From assembly GCA_965644315.1 (NCBI GenBank), contig CBFFRQ010000064.1:124001-188000 (forward strand): a stretch of 64,000 nucleotides of DNA, in the 5' to 3' direction. Numbering within the stretch: position 1 is the stretch's first letter; the number at the start of each line of letters is the position of its first letter. Origin of the DNA: Caecitellus pseudoparvulus. Taxonomy: Eukaryota; Protista; Bigyra: Bicosoecida. Under the pieces are notes generated by a model. That model made no database searches, had not been told where the DNA came from, and was given only the letters and a program-made list of their open reading frames with translations. Positions 43,712-55,549 of this stretch are shown piece by piece. Made by a program: the position numbers and the translations under genes.

Positions 43712-46365
43712 CTAGTACAGCACCCCCTTCACGTAGAATGCACCACCGCCCCACTCTCCCAGCAAGTGCTCCCGCCCACTCGCACGTGCGGCAGCCACCT
43801 GAGCCTGCGCAGCTGCCGTCTGTGGCACGGGGGGATTCCTTGTAGCACTGCTGGCTCGACGCAGAGCCCCTGCCGCAGCGGCGACGGCAGCAGCCACACT
43901 GCTGGCGGTGTCCTGAGCAGGCGTGCGAGGGGCGGCGTCTGACCACCTGCTGCGTTTCGGCTTGGGGCCAGGCACGGGCTGCGGCGCGGCAGGCAGCTGT
44001 GGTGGCTTCCATGGCGCAGCACCTGCCTCGACACCCCCCTGCGCCGGCACATACAGCTGGGCAAAGGCTGCCTCGCGTGCTGCTACACGTGCCGCTGCAG
44101 CCGGGTCCAGGGCAGGCTCAGCCTTCTTAGTGCCGGCCACGATGGGGCCAAATCTGGATCGCTTCCTGCCACCGACCTGTGCAACTGGGACAGGGGCTGC
44201 CACTGAAGCAGGGGCTGGGGGTGCTTGAGCACTGGGAGCCGGCGGATGCGAAGTGTTGGCGGTGCGCTGCTTCAGGCTGGCGAGGAAGGCCTGGGTGGAG
44301 GCCAGTGCGCTGGCAGCGGTGCCTTTCCGGGCCCCAGTCACGGGATCCCGAGTCTGCGCGAACCGTGGGTGTGTCAGAGCCAACTGCATGAGGGGGGGTG
44401 GGACCGCCGCCTCCTCGGCGTCCCCCCTCCCTGCGCTGGACTCCAGGTGCTGCACCAGCTGTCCAGCGAACCAAGCGTGGGACGGGGCCAGCAGCGTGAT
44501 GGCAGTGCCTGGGGTGGCGTCCGTCTGCCCAGCAGTCATCCGCCCCACCCGCCCGATGCGGTGGATGTGGTCGTCTATGGTCTTTGGCACATCCCAGTTC
44601 AAGACACAGGCAAGCGCGGGGATGTCCAAACCACGGGCGGCGACATCCGTCGCCACGACGACGCGGGTGGAGTGGTGTCCGGGTGTCGCCGGTGCGGTGG
44701 CCATGGGCCCAGCGTGACTCCGTTTGAAGCTTCGCACTGTGGCATCCCGGGTGGCCTGGTCCAGGCCGCCGTGAAGAGGCGCGACGAGCCCCTGTGCCCC
44801 CCGTGCCGCAAACGCATCATGGCCGGCGAGCAGCGCAGACACTTGCCCAGCTAGTGACTCGGCTGTGGCGCGCTCAGCCACAAACACCAACACCTTGCCC
44901 GCTGCAGCGAGGGCGGGCAAGCGGGGGGCAAGCCACTCCCACCGGTGTCCCGCACTGGGCAGCACGTGCACTTTCTGCTGAATATTCTCCCCTGCAAGCA
45001 CTCGCCCAGCCAGCCCAGCCAGGGCCTTGGCGGGGGGGGCAGCGCCGATGCCGGCGCGGGAGCCGTGGGCGCCGCCCGGCCTGATCCGTGTCGGTGCGCC
45101 AGCGGACATGGTCACGCCCACAGTGATGGTGATGGGTCGGCACAGGGCTCCTTTCACGAGGGCCTGCAGCCGTCGCTTCATGGTGGCGCTGATGAGTACA
45201 GTCTGGCGGTCAGGCCGCACCCCTTGCAGCACAGCCTGCACCTCCTTCTCAAACCCCATGTCCAGCATGCGGTCGGCCTCATCCAGCACCAGGTACGTCA
45301 CGCGGGCCAGGTTAGTGGCCTTGTCCTTGATCAAGTCTAGCAGGCGCCCCGGCGTGGCCACCACCACTGCGTGGCCCTTGCGCAGCGCCTTCTCCTGCTC
45401 CCACTTGGAGGCGCCACCGAACACGGGACACACGCTGAGCCCGCTGGCCCGGGCGAAGCGGCGCACGGTGCCGTACACCTGCGTCACCAACTCCCGCGTG
45501 GGGAGCAGGACCAGGGCCACTGGGCCCTGCCTGAAACGCACGGGGGCCTGGGCGGAGCAGTGCCGCAGCATGGGCCAAGCGTAGGCGAGGGTCTTGCCGC
45601 TGCCTGTGGGCGCGAGGACCAGCGCGTCGTGGCCCGAGAGCAGGACAGGCAGGGCCTGCGCCTGCACTGGCGTGGGCTTTGAGAAACCCGCCTTGGTGAT
45701 GGTGGCTAGCATTGCATCCGGCAGTCCAGCGTGCATGAAGGAGGTGATGGGGGGTGGGCAGGGGGGCCCGGTCACTGCGATGTCCAGCTCCTTGCGCCGC
45801 TGGGCGACCTGGCCTGGATCCAGGCGTTTCACAGCGGGATGAGGCGTGTAAAAGTCCCGCTTGAACCTGCACAGAGTGCGTCAGGGTGGTGGAAGGGCGG
45901 TGGCAGGTGCAGCGGGGTTCGGCCGTGGCGTGGCCAGGACACGCACGGAGTGTACCCTTGCGCACTGTGGTTCACAGGCGCTGGAATGTGGTTGGCTTGG
46001 CCTTGGTCTGGAGCAGGTGCAGGTGGGTTTCGGTGCGGGGGGGGCCTGGCAGTAGGGCCGACTGGCCAGCTCACCTGCAGCGCCTCGCTCTGTGTCCACA
46101 GCCGAGTCGATTTCTCGCCGCTGCAGAGGAAACAAGGGGCATGTGGCTACTACGCAGTGGCAGGCGACCATGCATACATGCTTGCCTCAAGGTTGTACAA
46201 CTCGGCTGCATCAGGCTCGCTGCTGTCCAGCGGCTCTGGCTTGCTGCCCTGCCCTGGTTGCGAAGCAACTTCCGCAGCTGAGCTGCTGGACTCCGCCTGG
46301 CTCGCCACCACCGCTGAGATTTCGCTCATGAACGCATCCAGCAAGTCATCCCCTGCTTCTGCCAT
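43712..46365 (-). CDS. DDX42: DEAD-box RNA helicase, DDX42-like (multi-exon 5' end)
   Basis: DLLDAFMSEI; spliced VNHSAQGYTP|FKRDFY; Q motif, APTGSGKT, PTREL, TPGRL, DEADRM, SAT, TDVAARGLDI, HRIGRVGR. Confidence 0.8.
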
Positions 46366-46729
46366 GTCGTGAGCTCACTCCTGTGCGTTGGTGGGCGTTA
46401 TCCTTAAAGCACTGCTGCTGAGCCGGGACGCGTGCATTTACGGCTGACGGCCCTGGCTCAAGGGGCGAGCAGGTGGGACGCCCCTCGCCCGCTCGAGCGA
46501 GACACGGCTCCTCTTTGGCGGAACGGCGGGACTAGCCCAGGACTTCGCTTCCTGCGCCCTTGGCGTTGCATCGTGCCGGTGGGCAGTCGCGTTTTTGCGC
46601 TGCACCTACAATGCCGCAAGCTGGGCACCGCGCCCCGGAGCCACCCCTGGCCCGCACACCGAATCGCCTGCTGCCTCACATGAGCGCCCACATGCGCCCG
46701 TGTACGCCCTTGCCACCGCTGTGGACCTC

Positions 46730-47736
46730 CTAGCTACCACCCCTGCCCCTCCCCCGGCCCCTGCCACGGCCCCCCCCCTGACCCCCAGAGCGCCTGCCCC
46801 TGCCCCGGCCGCCTGTGCTGCCGCCTGCACTTCCAGCGCTGGCAGTGGACTGGACAGGGGCACTGGGCACCTGTTCTGCAGGCGGCCTGGCTTGGATGTT
46901 GGTGGGCATGGCAGGCGCCGCTGCGCCGGGTTTGGCCTTCGCGTCACCCTTCTTCTTGCCCCGCCCCCTGCCCTTGCCTTTGCCCTTGCCTGCAGCCTTG
47001 GCGTCCTTCTTCTTGTCGGCGGCTGCCCGCCGGGATTGCTTCTTGGCGGCCCGCTTGCGCTGCAGGCGAGCCACCTTCAGTGCCCCCTTCTTGTGCAGCG
47101 CCTGCACCATGCCAGACACTGCTCGGGGCGCAGGGGCCTCAAACGCAGCCGGCGCCACGGGGGCCAGGGGGGACGCCAGGTGTTCAAGGAAGGCCTTGTA
47201 CTCTGGGTCTTTGGCCAGGCGCCCTGCCCTTGGGTCGGCGCTGGGAGTGGAGGGTGGCAGGGGCTGGTACCACGCGACGTCTGCCACGACGGGTTGGGGG
47301 CTCTGCTCTGCCGCGTCAAGTTCAGAGGGCAGCGCCGCTGCTGCAGCCAGTAACTTAGCGTCATCGCCCACAGCTGCGCCATCGCCGCTGCCTGACTGCG
47401 CCGCCTGCTCCGGCTCAGCCTGCGGCTGCGGGACAGGCCAGTGCAGGGAGTTCAAAGTCCGCAGTGCACCGTCAGCGGGCGCAGGCACGGTCACGTAAGC
47501 AGCCCCCGAGTCCTTGGTCCCATTGGGACTGCGAAAAACATGCCAGCATTGCCTGTGCCTGCCCATGCTGTGCTTGTGCCGCACGCTGGTGTCACTCACA
47601 GCTCGTAGGCCGGCACACAGTAGCTAAAGGTCAGGCCTGGCACACCCGCTTCCTGCAGGAAGGCAGTGATGCTGTCAAGGCTCAGGCCGGGCGGAATGCC
47701 CCGCAGCACCAGCTTGACGGGCCCATCGGCTGCCAT
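46730..47736 (-). CDS. UPF3: Nonsense-mediated decay factor UPF3/Smg-4 (one intron ~47530-47599)
   Basis: KLVLRGIPPGL, FSYCVP, SGAAYV, VADVAWYQPLP, DPRAGRLAKDPEYKAFLEHL; basic/RGG tail. Confidence 0.78.
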
Positions 47737-47943
47737 GCAGCACGCCTGTGCCGAGGTGCCACGTCGCCGTCGCCCTCGTCTCGTTCTCACGGCAGTGGTG
47801 CTCGCGTGTCGCGGCAGCTGCCTAGGCAGTCCGCGAGGGAACGCAGCTGTGTGGGCGTGCACTCGACTGCACAAGTGCACATTTTCGAAATTGACCCCCG
47901 CACAGTCCCGCCTGCTTGGACTGCTCTGCCACCCAGCGACACC

Positions 47944-49129
47944 ATGAGCTCCACGAGCACGGCTGCGGCTGCAGCAGCAAGCAGTGCTGCTGCTGGCCAG
48001 GACCAGGTAGCTGTGCGAGCCTTTGCCATCCGAAACAAGGCCAAGAGGCATGAGGTGCATGCAGCGAGGAAAGCAGAGAAGAGTGCGGCACGCAAAGAGC
48101 GGCGTGAGAAGCGCAAGCGGGAGCGTGATGAGCTAGGGGAGGCAGCACCGGCGCCTCAAGTGCGTCTTCCGACTGGGTTTCCTGTTCAATTACCGCATGC
48201 GCCACGCACTGTGTGCCCCGCCCGCTGCTTGCGCAGGCGCCCAAGACACTGGACAGCATGCGCATGCCCGACGACACATTCGTGTCCCCAGAGGACGAGG
48301 AGGTGGCTCGTGACGAGGCCAGCGATGAGTTCGCGCCTTACTTCGACGGCTCATCCGTGCCGAAGATCATGGTCACGACGCGGCCGCGGCCATCCAAGAG
48401 CATCTTCCCGCTCATCTCTGAGCTCATGAGCGTCATTCCAAACAGCTTCTTCTACAAGCGAGGTATGGCGTGGCATGGCGCGTGCAGGCCGCCGCAGGTG
48501 CTCAGGACAGGCGCACGCCCCCTCTCGCACCGCAGGTGAGTACCATTTGAAGGAGATCTGTGGATATGCAGCCAAGCACGGCTTCACGCACTTGATGGTG
48601 CTGAATGAAGCCCGCAAGGCAGCCAACATGTGAGTTGCATTGTGCTGCAGGGCTGGCTCTCGACCAGCCGTAGCACTCGTATGTCCCACCGGCACGCAGG
48701 CTCATCGTGGTGCACTTGCCGGCTGGCCCGACGGCGTGCTTCAAGCTGACCTCCACGAAGTTGGGGTACGAAATCAAAGGCAGCGGTGCCGCAACAGACC
48801 ACCAGCCGGAGCTGATTTTGAATAACTTCCGCACGCGTCTGGGGCACCGAGTGGGCCGCATGCTGGGGTCGCTGTTCCCGCACCAGCCAGACTTTGTCGG
48901 GCGCAACGTCGTGACCTTTCACAACCACCGGGACTTCATCTTCGTCAGACGCCATCGGTACATCTTTGACGACAACGGGAAGCGGGCGCGGCTGCAGGAG
49001 CTCGGCCCGCGCTTCACGTTGAAAATGCGCTGGCTGCTGGCCGACACGTTCAACACGTCGCAGGGGGAGTATGAGTGGTACTTCAAGCGGCACCGCATGG
49101 AAGATTCCAAGAAACGCTTCTTCTTGTAG
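47944..49129 (+). CDS. RPF1: Ribosome production factor 1 (Brix domain), 3 introns
   Basis: IRNKAKR, PKTLDSMR, DEFAPYF, PKIMVTT, HLPAGPTACFKL, PELILNNFRTRLG, FHNHRDFIFVRRHRY, LQELGPRFTLK. Confidence 0.93.
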
Positions 49130-49194
49130 GCTCAATGCACTCACAGTCGCCACTGCGCGTGCTTGGCCAGCTGTTCCCGGCGCTCTCGTCTGCC

Positions 49195-52100
49195 TCAGTC
49201 GGACTTGGGCCGGGACTTGGACTTGGACTTGGAGCGTTTCTTCCTTTTCTTGGCGGAAGAGGAGGCCTTCTTGGCCTTCTTGCTCATGCGCACCTTCTGG
49301 GCTTCTTTCTCCAGGTCCACGTCTTCGTCGTCCTTGTCGCGCTGACGGCGGCGGCGCCGCCTGTACTCCTTGGCGCGCCGCAGCAGCTGGTACCGCACGA
49401 ACGAGTACACGACCACAACAATGACAGTGATGGTAACAACCACCGCCACCAGCACGATGCTGTAGCGTTCGATGAAGGTGGGCACCTTGATGCGAAGGTG
49501 GCAGCTTGTGAAGCGGCCTTGGCTGTCCTGTGCACCTTCGAAGCCATCCAGACATGTGTGCCGGCCGTACACCTGGTCTGGCAGGAGGGGCCGCCCTAAC
49601 TCGTCGACCCACGGCTTTTCCTTCTGTATCCCGTTCACATCGAACCATGTCAGGTCCCGGCACAGGCAGGTGCAGACGTTGGGCGCCGTGCAGTTGCCCC
49701 GCCCCTTCCACGTGTTCTCAGGCAGAAACTCTTCCAGCGTATTGGGCAGGCATGGGTCCTGTTCAAAGGCAGTCACGACAGCGGGGTCAACTGTGTTGAG
49801 CTGCTCAAGAATCTCCACGTCTGCATGTGCCCGGCACACTGGCGTCTTGCAGTCGAAGCCCTTCCACTCAGCAGTGCAAGTGCATGTATCTGGGGCAGTG
49901 CACACGCCCCCATTCGCGCACATGTAGCAGGCAGTCTGGTCCCCTGTCAATCCAGCCAGCTGCCTGGCCTCTACGGAGCAGTTTGGCTCCAGGAAGCCCT
50001 GGGCGCACATGCTCATGGAGCAGTCACTGCCATTGAAACCCGTGACGACCTGCGGCACATCTGGGTGCACTTCGTGCAGCCGTGATGGCCAGCGGGGGCA
50101 GACACACGTGTCCTTGTCTCCACACACACCCCCTCGCAGGCACTTGGGCGTGCACGTGGGCGTGTTGCAGTCGTACCCTGTCCAGCCCTCCGCACACACG
50201 CAGGTGTCGGGAGCCACACAGGACCCATCGTTGAAGCAGGCGTACAGCCCCTCGCCCTCCACGACGGGCCCTTCCACCCACGTTTCGGGGGACTCTCGAA
50301 TGTAGTTCGGGTGGTTGACACGAATGTTCCTGCCCTCGGACACTCGGGACACATCCTCGTGAGACTCCCACGTGATGGGTGCAGGGTTCTTGAAGGCCCA
50401 CGGGTGCTCATAGTTCCCCTGGTACCACACCTCTTGCAGGCAGAGCTTGCTGGAAATGCGGGTGCTGCCGAGGGGCGAGTATGGCGAGCGCTCTGAGCAG
50501 CCAGATTGAAAGCTTGAGCCATCCGAGAGCGTGTGGGAGAGACGCACGGGGTCCCTGACATTGTTCAGAATGAACCGCTCATGCTGAACACAAATGGGTG
50601 TGGAACAGTCAAAGCCAGTCCACCCCGTGAGCTGACTCGTACCATCTGGGCGCTTGAAGTAGGGCTGTCCACGGCGGTCTGTGAACTGTGCAGACCACTG
50701 GGGGCACTTGCACGTGTCTGGTGCGATGCAGGTGCCCCCATGCATGCACTCCTGTGCGCACAGCGGGACCGTGCAATTGGGCCCGGACCACCCCATGGCA
50801 CAAGTGCAGGTCTCAGGATGGGTACAGTTCCCATTGTTCGCGCACTGGCGGTACTGGATGAAGGTGCCGCCAGTGGAAGATCCAAGGAGTTCCAGTGTCG
50901 AGTTGCTGCGCTCCTGTGGCGATGAAAGCCGCGTGGCAGGGATGCCCGCTTGCCCACTGACGCTGCGGACTGCAGCGGCACAGATGGGCAAAGTGCAATC
51001 GTCGCCCTCCCACCCGCCGAGGCAACTGCACGTGAGGGGACCTGTGCATGTGCCACCGTTGAAGCAGCCTCGCTCCACCTGGTCTACACACTCGCCGCCC
51101 CCCTCCTCCCATCTCCCCACTGCGTGCACACGCCGAGGATCAGAGTAATCGATGCGTGGACTGTAGGCTTGGGCTGTGTCGAGCACCCACCCCGTCGAGT
51201 TGCCTGTCTGGAGGTCCACGGCTTTCCAAGCTGCGCCCGGGCAATGGCGGCGGTACCTTGGAACGGTGTACGCGGCGCGCCCCTTACTCCACTGTGCTCC
51301 ACGGGCGAGTTCCCACCACTGACTTCTGCGCCAGCCTTCGTATGTGTTGTCACCAGGGGGCAGGGATGGGCGCTTCTCATACATGACGGGGTAGTTGTTG
51401 CCGCCGGGGAGAGGGCCGTTGAACCGGGAGAAGTAGTTTGGATGCTCGTGCATGTACCCTGGGAACTTTTCGTTGAATGACGGGAAATTCTCCCAAATGG
51501 TCACTGTGCGATCGTTCACGAACTCGTACATGCCTTGGCGTGGGAAGCGCGGGTCAGGGTTGAGGCCAGGTGCCTGGGGATCAAAGTAGCCATTGGTGCA
51601 GGTGGGTGTGCGGCAATCGAAGCCCGCCCACCCTGGCGCACAGACGCAGGCATCTGGGGCCGTACAGTTGCCGCCGTTCGCACACACGTACACTCCTTCG
51701 TCCATGTCCTCCAGTGCTACTTGGGCCAGTTGCCGGTCCGGGTCGGCTGGGCCTGGCGATGACCAAGGGTTTGTGGTGGGCGTTGGCCCCCAGCCGTAGG
51801 GCGTGCGAGGCGTTGTGCGCCAAAACCCCGTCAGACTGCCCTCCTCATTCACATACCTGAATGGTGTTGAGGCGTTTAAGCCCAGCTCTAGCAGCATGCA
51901 TCGCGGGGGTGGCGTGCGTCGCCCTGAGGTTGCCCGGTCTAAACTGACTTCCGCGGGGCGCCTGCTGCGCTGACGTTGGCGGCAGTCAAACTCGTTTGTG
52001 CTGTTGCACCAGGAGGGGAAGTCACACTGAACGTAGCGTGTCCACGACAGCGGGCGCAGGGGGGAGTCAGAGAAGGCGGGCGTGGGATCCCGCCGAAAGA

Positions 52101-54963
52101 AGCCCTGCGTGCACACGGGCTTGGAGCAGTCAAAGCCAGCCCAACCGGGCTCACACCTACACGTGTCAGGGGCAACGCAATGCCCGTGCTGGCAGGGAGA
52201 GGCGCACACTGGTTGGCGGCAGTCATGGCCAGTCCACTGCGTGGGGCAGGAGCAGACACCGGGGGCTGTGCAGTTGCCGCCGTTGCCACATGTCTGTGAG
52301 CAAACTGGCGTCGTGCAGTTCGCATCGAACCACCCTGGCGCACAGGTGCATGTATCTGGGCCTGAGCACACACCGCCGTGTGCACAGTGCTGCACGCATT
52401 GTGGAACATCACATGCCTGTCCTGTGAACCCTGGAACGCAGGTGCAGGTGTCAGGGGCTGTGCACAGTGTGCGGCCGGAGCAGGGCACACTGCACTGAGG
52501 CGTCGCACAGTCTGGGCCACTCCACCCGCGTGGACACATGCAAGTCTCGGGCGCCACACAGCGGCCCCCATTCTCACAGGGCTGGCTGCACACTGCCGTC
52601 ACACCCCGCAGCGCGTGGTTGTCTGTGTCTGCGACGACCATGTACGTTGTGTTGCCAAGCACAGCCGAGGCGTCTAGGGAAATGCCCGAGGGTAGGTTGA
52701 ACAGCGCGCCCATGGGGGGCTGCGAGTCTTGGAATCCACAAAGCTCCTCAATGGGTGCGTTTGGCGCCCCGGCAATGGTCTGCACTTCCACCACATGCAG
52801 AGGGTAGACCGACAGGTTGAACGTGCGGTCTGCGGACGCCAGTGCCGCCGATTGCACCCCGAAGCGTGACGAAGCAGGGGCACCGAGCCCCTCGCGACCA
52901 GGGCCTGCCCGCTCTCCCACTCCACGTTGCACCTGCACAGTAACCATGCCCCCTGCATCATTCAGGAGCACCCCCGCATGAACAGCAGCTTTACAAATGG
53001 AAGATGTTCCAGCGTACAGTCCGTCCCCGGCCACGGCTGCGGGGGATGCGGCGCAGCCTGATGGACACCGCAAGCGCAGCGTGGTCAGGTCGCCGGTGTC
53101 CTCCTTGTGGAGGAAGGGCTCCCACCCAGTCCCAGCGTACGGGCCGAGAGTTGATGCGTTGGACTGAATGCCAGCATCGGGGGGTGGGGTACCCACGCAC
53201 TCTTTCACTTGCTTCCCATCAAGGCGGCTGTGGTGGTAGTTGTAGGTGATGTGCCCGAATGCGGACGTGGCAGTTCGATCCTGGGCGTCCAGAGCAGGGT
53301 CATACATGGAACAGCCTGAGGGCTGCACGACATCATCAAGAGTCGCATCGCATGAGATGGGCTTTGCAACACGCCTTGCAGGGCTTAGTCGTCGAAGCCT
53401 GCAAGAGCCTGCGTCAGCAACGTACACTCGCCCTTCAGCATCCACCGCCGCCGCGCGCGGCTTCCTAAACGATGCCTCGACACCAACTCCGTCACTCTCC
53501 CCTGCGTTTGTCGTCCCTGCAAGTGTGACGACACGGTTTTCGGATGCAATGCCCAGCCACTGGACTGGGGGGCCAGCGCTGGAGAACGCCATGCGGATGC
53601 GGTCTCCGTCGACAATGATGAGGTTGTCTTCCCCAGCAGAGTTGTCCCCAGCTTCACCAATGGCCACGTCGTACGGGTGGTACAGTTGCGATGTGTTCAG
53701 CGTCGCATCCACATAGCCTTGCACACCCTCTTCACACGGCGGGGAGCAGCCAGGCAGCTCAGCTGAAGATGCCAGGGGCTCCCCACGCAGGAAAGACACG
53801 GGGTAGCTGCGAACAGTGCCGACATACGTCTCCGTCTGACCTCGCTGGTGGCCAGGACCGTCTTTCAGAAAGATGCGGCGTATGAGATGGTTGTTCGTGT
53901 CGGCCACGTACAGTCGAGTGCCGCTCACTGCCATTCCTCGAGGGCTGTCGAATCTGGCGTCAGTGCCGACCCCGTCAGCAAACCCATGGGACTTGACTGC
54001 ATCAGCTCGCAGGACCAAGGGAAGGTCCTCCCCACCCCCTGCCAGGGTGGACACAAGCCACTGACCGCCTTGGAAGACAAGCTCTCGAATGCGATGGTTC
54101 CCGGTGTCCGCAACAGCCACGTGCTGCAGCGCGCCGTCTCGCCAAGACACAACCCCCACAGGGTGAGAGAACAAAGCGACGCTGCCTTCCCCATCAGCAT
54201 ACCCAACCTGTCCAGGCACACCTGCAATGGTGCGCACTATGCCAGTGCGGGTGTCGAGCAAACGAATCACGTGGTTATCAGTGTCCGCCACGAACACCTG
54301 CCCGGCCTCGTTCATGTGCACACCCTGAGGTCTGTTGAAGAGGGCGGTGGAAGCGTTCCCATCAGCGTGTCCAAACTGACCATGTGATGATCCTGCAAGG
54401 GTGAACACACGCCCCTGCGGCTGCCCGACAAGTTTGGAGTGCTCCCATCCAGTCGCAGTGGGGGTGGGTGGGGGTCGCCCAGCTCCCCAGCACCGCACCC
54501 TGCACCCGGAGAAGTCCCCGCCGCTGCCGTCCAGGCACCTGCCCCCCGATAAGACGACACATGTGCGAGCGGCTCGCCCAAAGTCCATGCGGTGCCGCAC
54601 AGCATCGCCCACGGCGAAGGGCGTGTCGTGCACCGTTGGCACGCTGGGCGGGAGAGCTGTGTGTGGGACACCCTGCACTTGGAACGCGCAGGAGCTGTTG
54701 AGGTCTGGTCCGCACGAGAAGTCTTCACAGCGAAAGCACTTCGATCGGGCCCCTGCCGTGGTGCACTCATGACCCATGTGCTGGAGATTTGAAGCCGTGC
54801 GACCCTTGCGCTCCACAGTCTGGCCGCCCACTTTCGCGTAGGCGAAAGGCCAGGAAGGTTCCACCACCTCAGAGCACCATGGCCGGGTGTTCCACGGCCG
54901 GTGTTGGCGCCAAGCGTATGCAGTTTGTGCAGCCAGGCTGCTCAGGATCAGTGCCAGCAGCAT
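49195..54963 (-). CDS. Type I membrane protein: signal peptide, NHL repeats, LCCL domain, many EGF-like repeats, TM helix, basic tail
   Basis: MLLALILSSLAA; NHL motifs FNRPQG..VADTDNHVIR, VADTGNHRIR, VADTNNHLIR; LCCL CPSGC..YAGTSSICKAAVHAGVL; repeated CxNGGxCxAPxxCxCxxGWxGxDC; TM IVLVAVVVTITVIVVVVY. Confidence 0.88.
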   Translation of the reverse strand: MLLALILSSLAAQTAYAWRQHRPWNTRPWCSEVVEPSWPFAYAKVGGQTVERKGRTASNLQHMGHECTTAGARSKCFRCEDFSCGPDLNSSCAFQVQGVPHTALPPSVPTVHDTPFAVGDAVRHRMDFGRAARTCVVLSGGRCLDGSGGDFSGCRVRCWGAGRPPPTPTATGWEHSKLVGQPQGRVFTLAGSSHGQFGHADGNASTALFNRPQGVHMNEAGQVFVADTDNHVIRLLDTRTGIVRTIAGVPGQVGYADGEGSVALFSHPVGVVSWRDGALQHVAVADTGNHRIRELVFQGGQWLVSTLAGGGEDLPLVLRADAVKSHGFADGVGTDARFDSPRGMAVSGTRLYVADTNNHLIRRIFLKDGPGHQRGQTETYVGTVRSYPVSFLRGEPLASSAELPGCSPPCEEGVQGYVDATLNTSQLYHPYDVAIGEAGDNSAGEDNLIIVDGDRIRMAFSSAGPPVQWLGIASENRVVTLAGTTNAGESDGVGVEASFRKPRAAAVDAEGRVYVADAGSCRLRRLSPARRVAKPISCDATLDDVVQPSGCSMYDPALDAQDRTATSAFGHITYNYHHSRLDGKQVKECVGTPPPDAGIQSNASTLGPYAGTGWEPFLHKEDTGDLTTLRLRCPSGCAASPAAVAGDGLYAGTSSICKAAVHAGVLLNDAGGMVTVQVQRGVGERAGPGREGLGAPASSRFGVQSAALASADRTFNLSVYPLHVVEVQTIAGAPNAPIEELCGFQDSQPPMGALFNLPSGISLDASAVLGNTTYMVVADTDNHALRGVTAVCSQPCENGGRCVAPETCMCPRGWSGPDCATPQCSVPCSGRTLCTAPDTCTCVPGFTGQACDVPQCVQHCAHGGVCSGPDTCTCAPGWFDANCTTPVCSQTCGNGGNCTAPGVCSCPTQWTGHDCRQPVCASPCQHGHCVAPDTCRCEPGWAGFDCSKPVCTQGFFRRDPTPAFSDSPLRPLSWTRYVQCDFPSWCNSTNEFDCRQRQRSRRPAEVSLDRATSGRRTPPPRCMLLELGLNASTPFRYVNEEGSLTGFWRTTPRTPYGWGPTPTTNPWSSPGPADPDRQLAQVALEDMDEGVYVCANGGNCTAPDACVCAPGWAGFDCRTPTCTNGYFDPQAPGLNPDPRFPRQGMYEFVNDRTVTIWENFPSFNEKFPGYMHEHPNYFSRFNGPLPGGNNYPVMYEKRPSLPPGDNTYEGWRRSQWWELARGAQWSKGRAAYTVPRYRRHCPGAAWKAVDLQTGNSTGWVLDTAQAYSPRIDYSDPRRVHAVGRWEEGGGECVDQVERGCFNGGTCTGPLTCSCLGGWEGDDCTLPICAAAVRSVSGQAGIPATRLSSPQERSNSTLELLGSSTGGTFIQYRQCANNGNCTHPETCTCAMGWSGPNCTVPLCAQECMHGGTCIAPDTCKCPQWSAQFTDRRGQPYFKRPDGTSQLTGWTGFDCSTPICVQHERFILNNVRDPVRLSHTLSDGSSFQSGCSERSPYSPLGSTRISSKLCLQEVWYQGNYEHPWAFKNPAPITWESHEDVSRVSEGRNIRVNHPNYIRESPETWVEGPVVEGEGLYACFNDGSCVAPDTCVCAEGWTGYDCNTPTCTPKCLRGGVCGDKDTCVCPRWPSRLHEVHPDVPQVVTGFNGSDCSMSMCAQGFLEPNCSVEARQLAGLTGDQTACYMCANGGVCTAPDTCTCTAEWKGFDCKTPVCRAHADVEILEQLNTVDPAVVTAFEQDPCLPNTLEEFLPENTWKGRGNCTAPNVCTCLCRDLTWFDVNGIQKEKPWVDELGRPLLPDQVYGRHTCLDGFEGAQDSQGRFTSCHLRIKVPTFIERYSIVLVAVVVTITVIVVVVYSFVRYQLLRRAKEYRRRRRRQRDKDDEDVDLEKEAQKVRMSKKAKKASSSAKKRKKRSKSKSKSRPKSD

Positions 54964-55549
54964 GCAGGGCGTTGCCGGGCCGACTTGCCGCACGAAACGC
55001 ACGCTCACGGGCTGGGCGCTGTTGGCCTGTGGCCGCTTCGAGTGGGCCACAGGCGGCAGCCACATCTCAAGCAGTCCCAGTGCTAGCCTGCTTTGTTGTT
55101 CCTCGCCACCACCGGCCGCCTCTGGCTGCGAGTTGATGCTGTTGCCTGCCGTGCCAAGTCACCGCCAAAGCGAAACGCAAGCGCGCTGTGGCAGGCAGCC
55201 CGCGGGGTGCCTGTGTTGCGTGATCCAGTCCCCGAATGCAGGCGCTGCAGCATTTCTCTGGCGAAAGAGAACCCCCTTCTATGCGTTTCAGGAGGACGGG
55301 TGGATTTTTCTTTTCGCTGCGGCAGGACGAGGTGTGCGGAAATTGGCACATAGCAATACAAGCCAAGCCACCAAATCACCACGCCTCCACGGATGGCCCT
55401 GCGACTTGATTGCCCTCATCATTCCAAGCCCCGCATAAACACGCAGCGTCTTCCCTCGAACGCTGCCTTCCTGCTGCCCGTTCGCCTGACTGTGCCAGCT
55501 GATTGGCGCAGAGCACAAACATTGCCCCGACACGACCCCCGGCTGCGCC

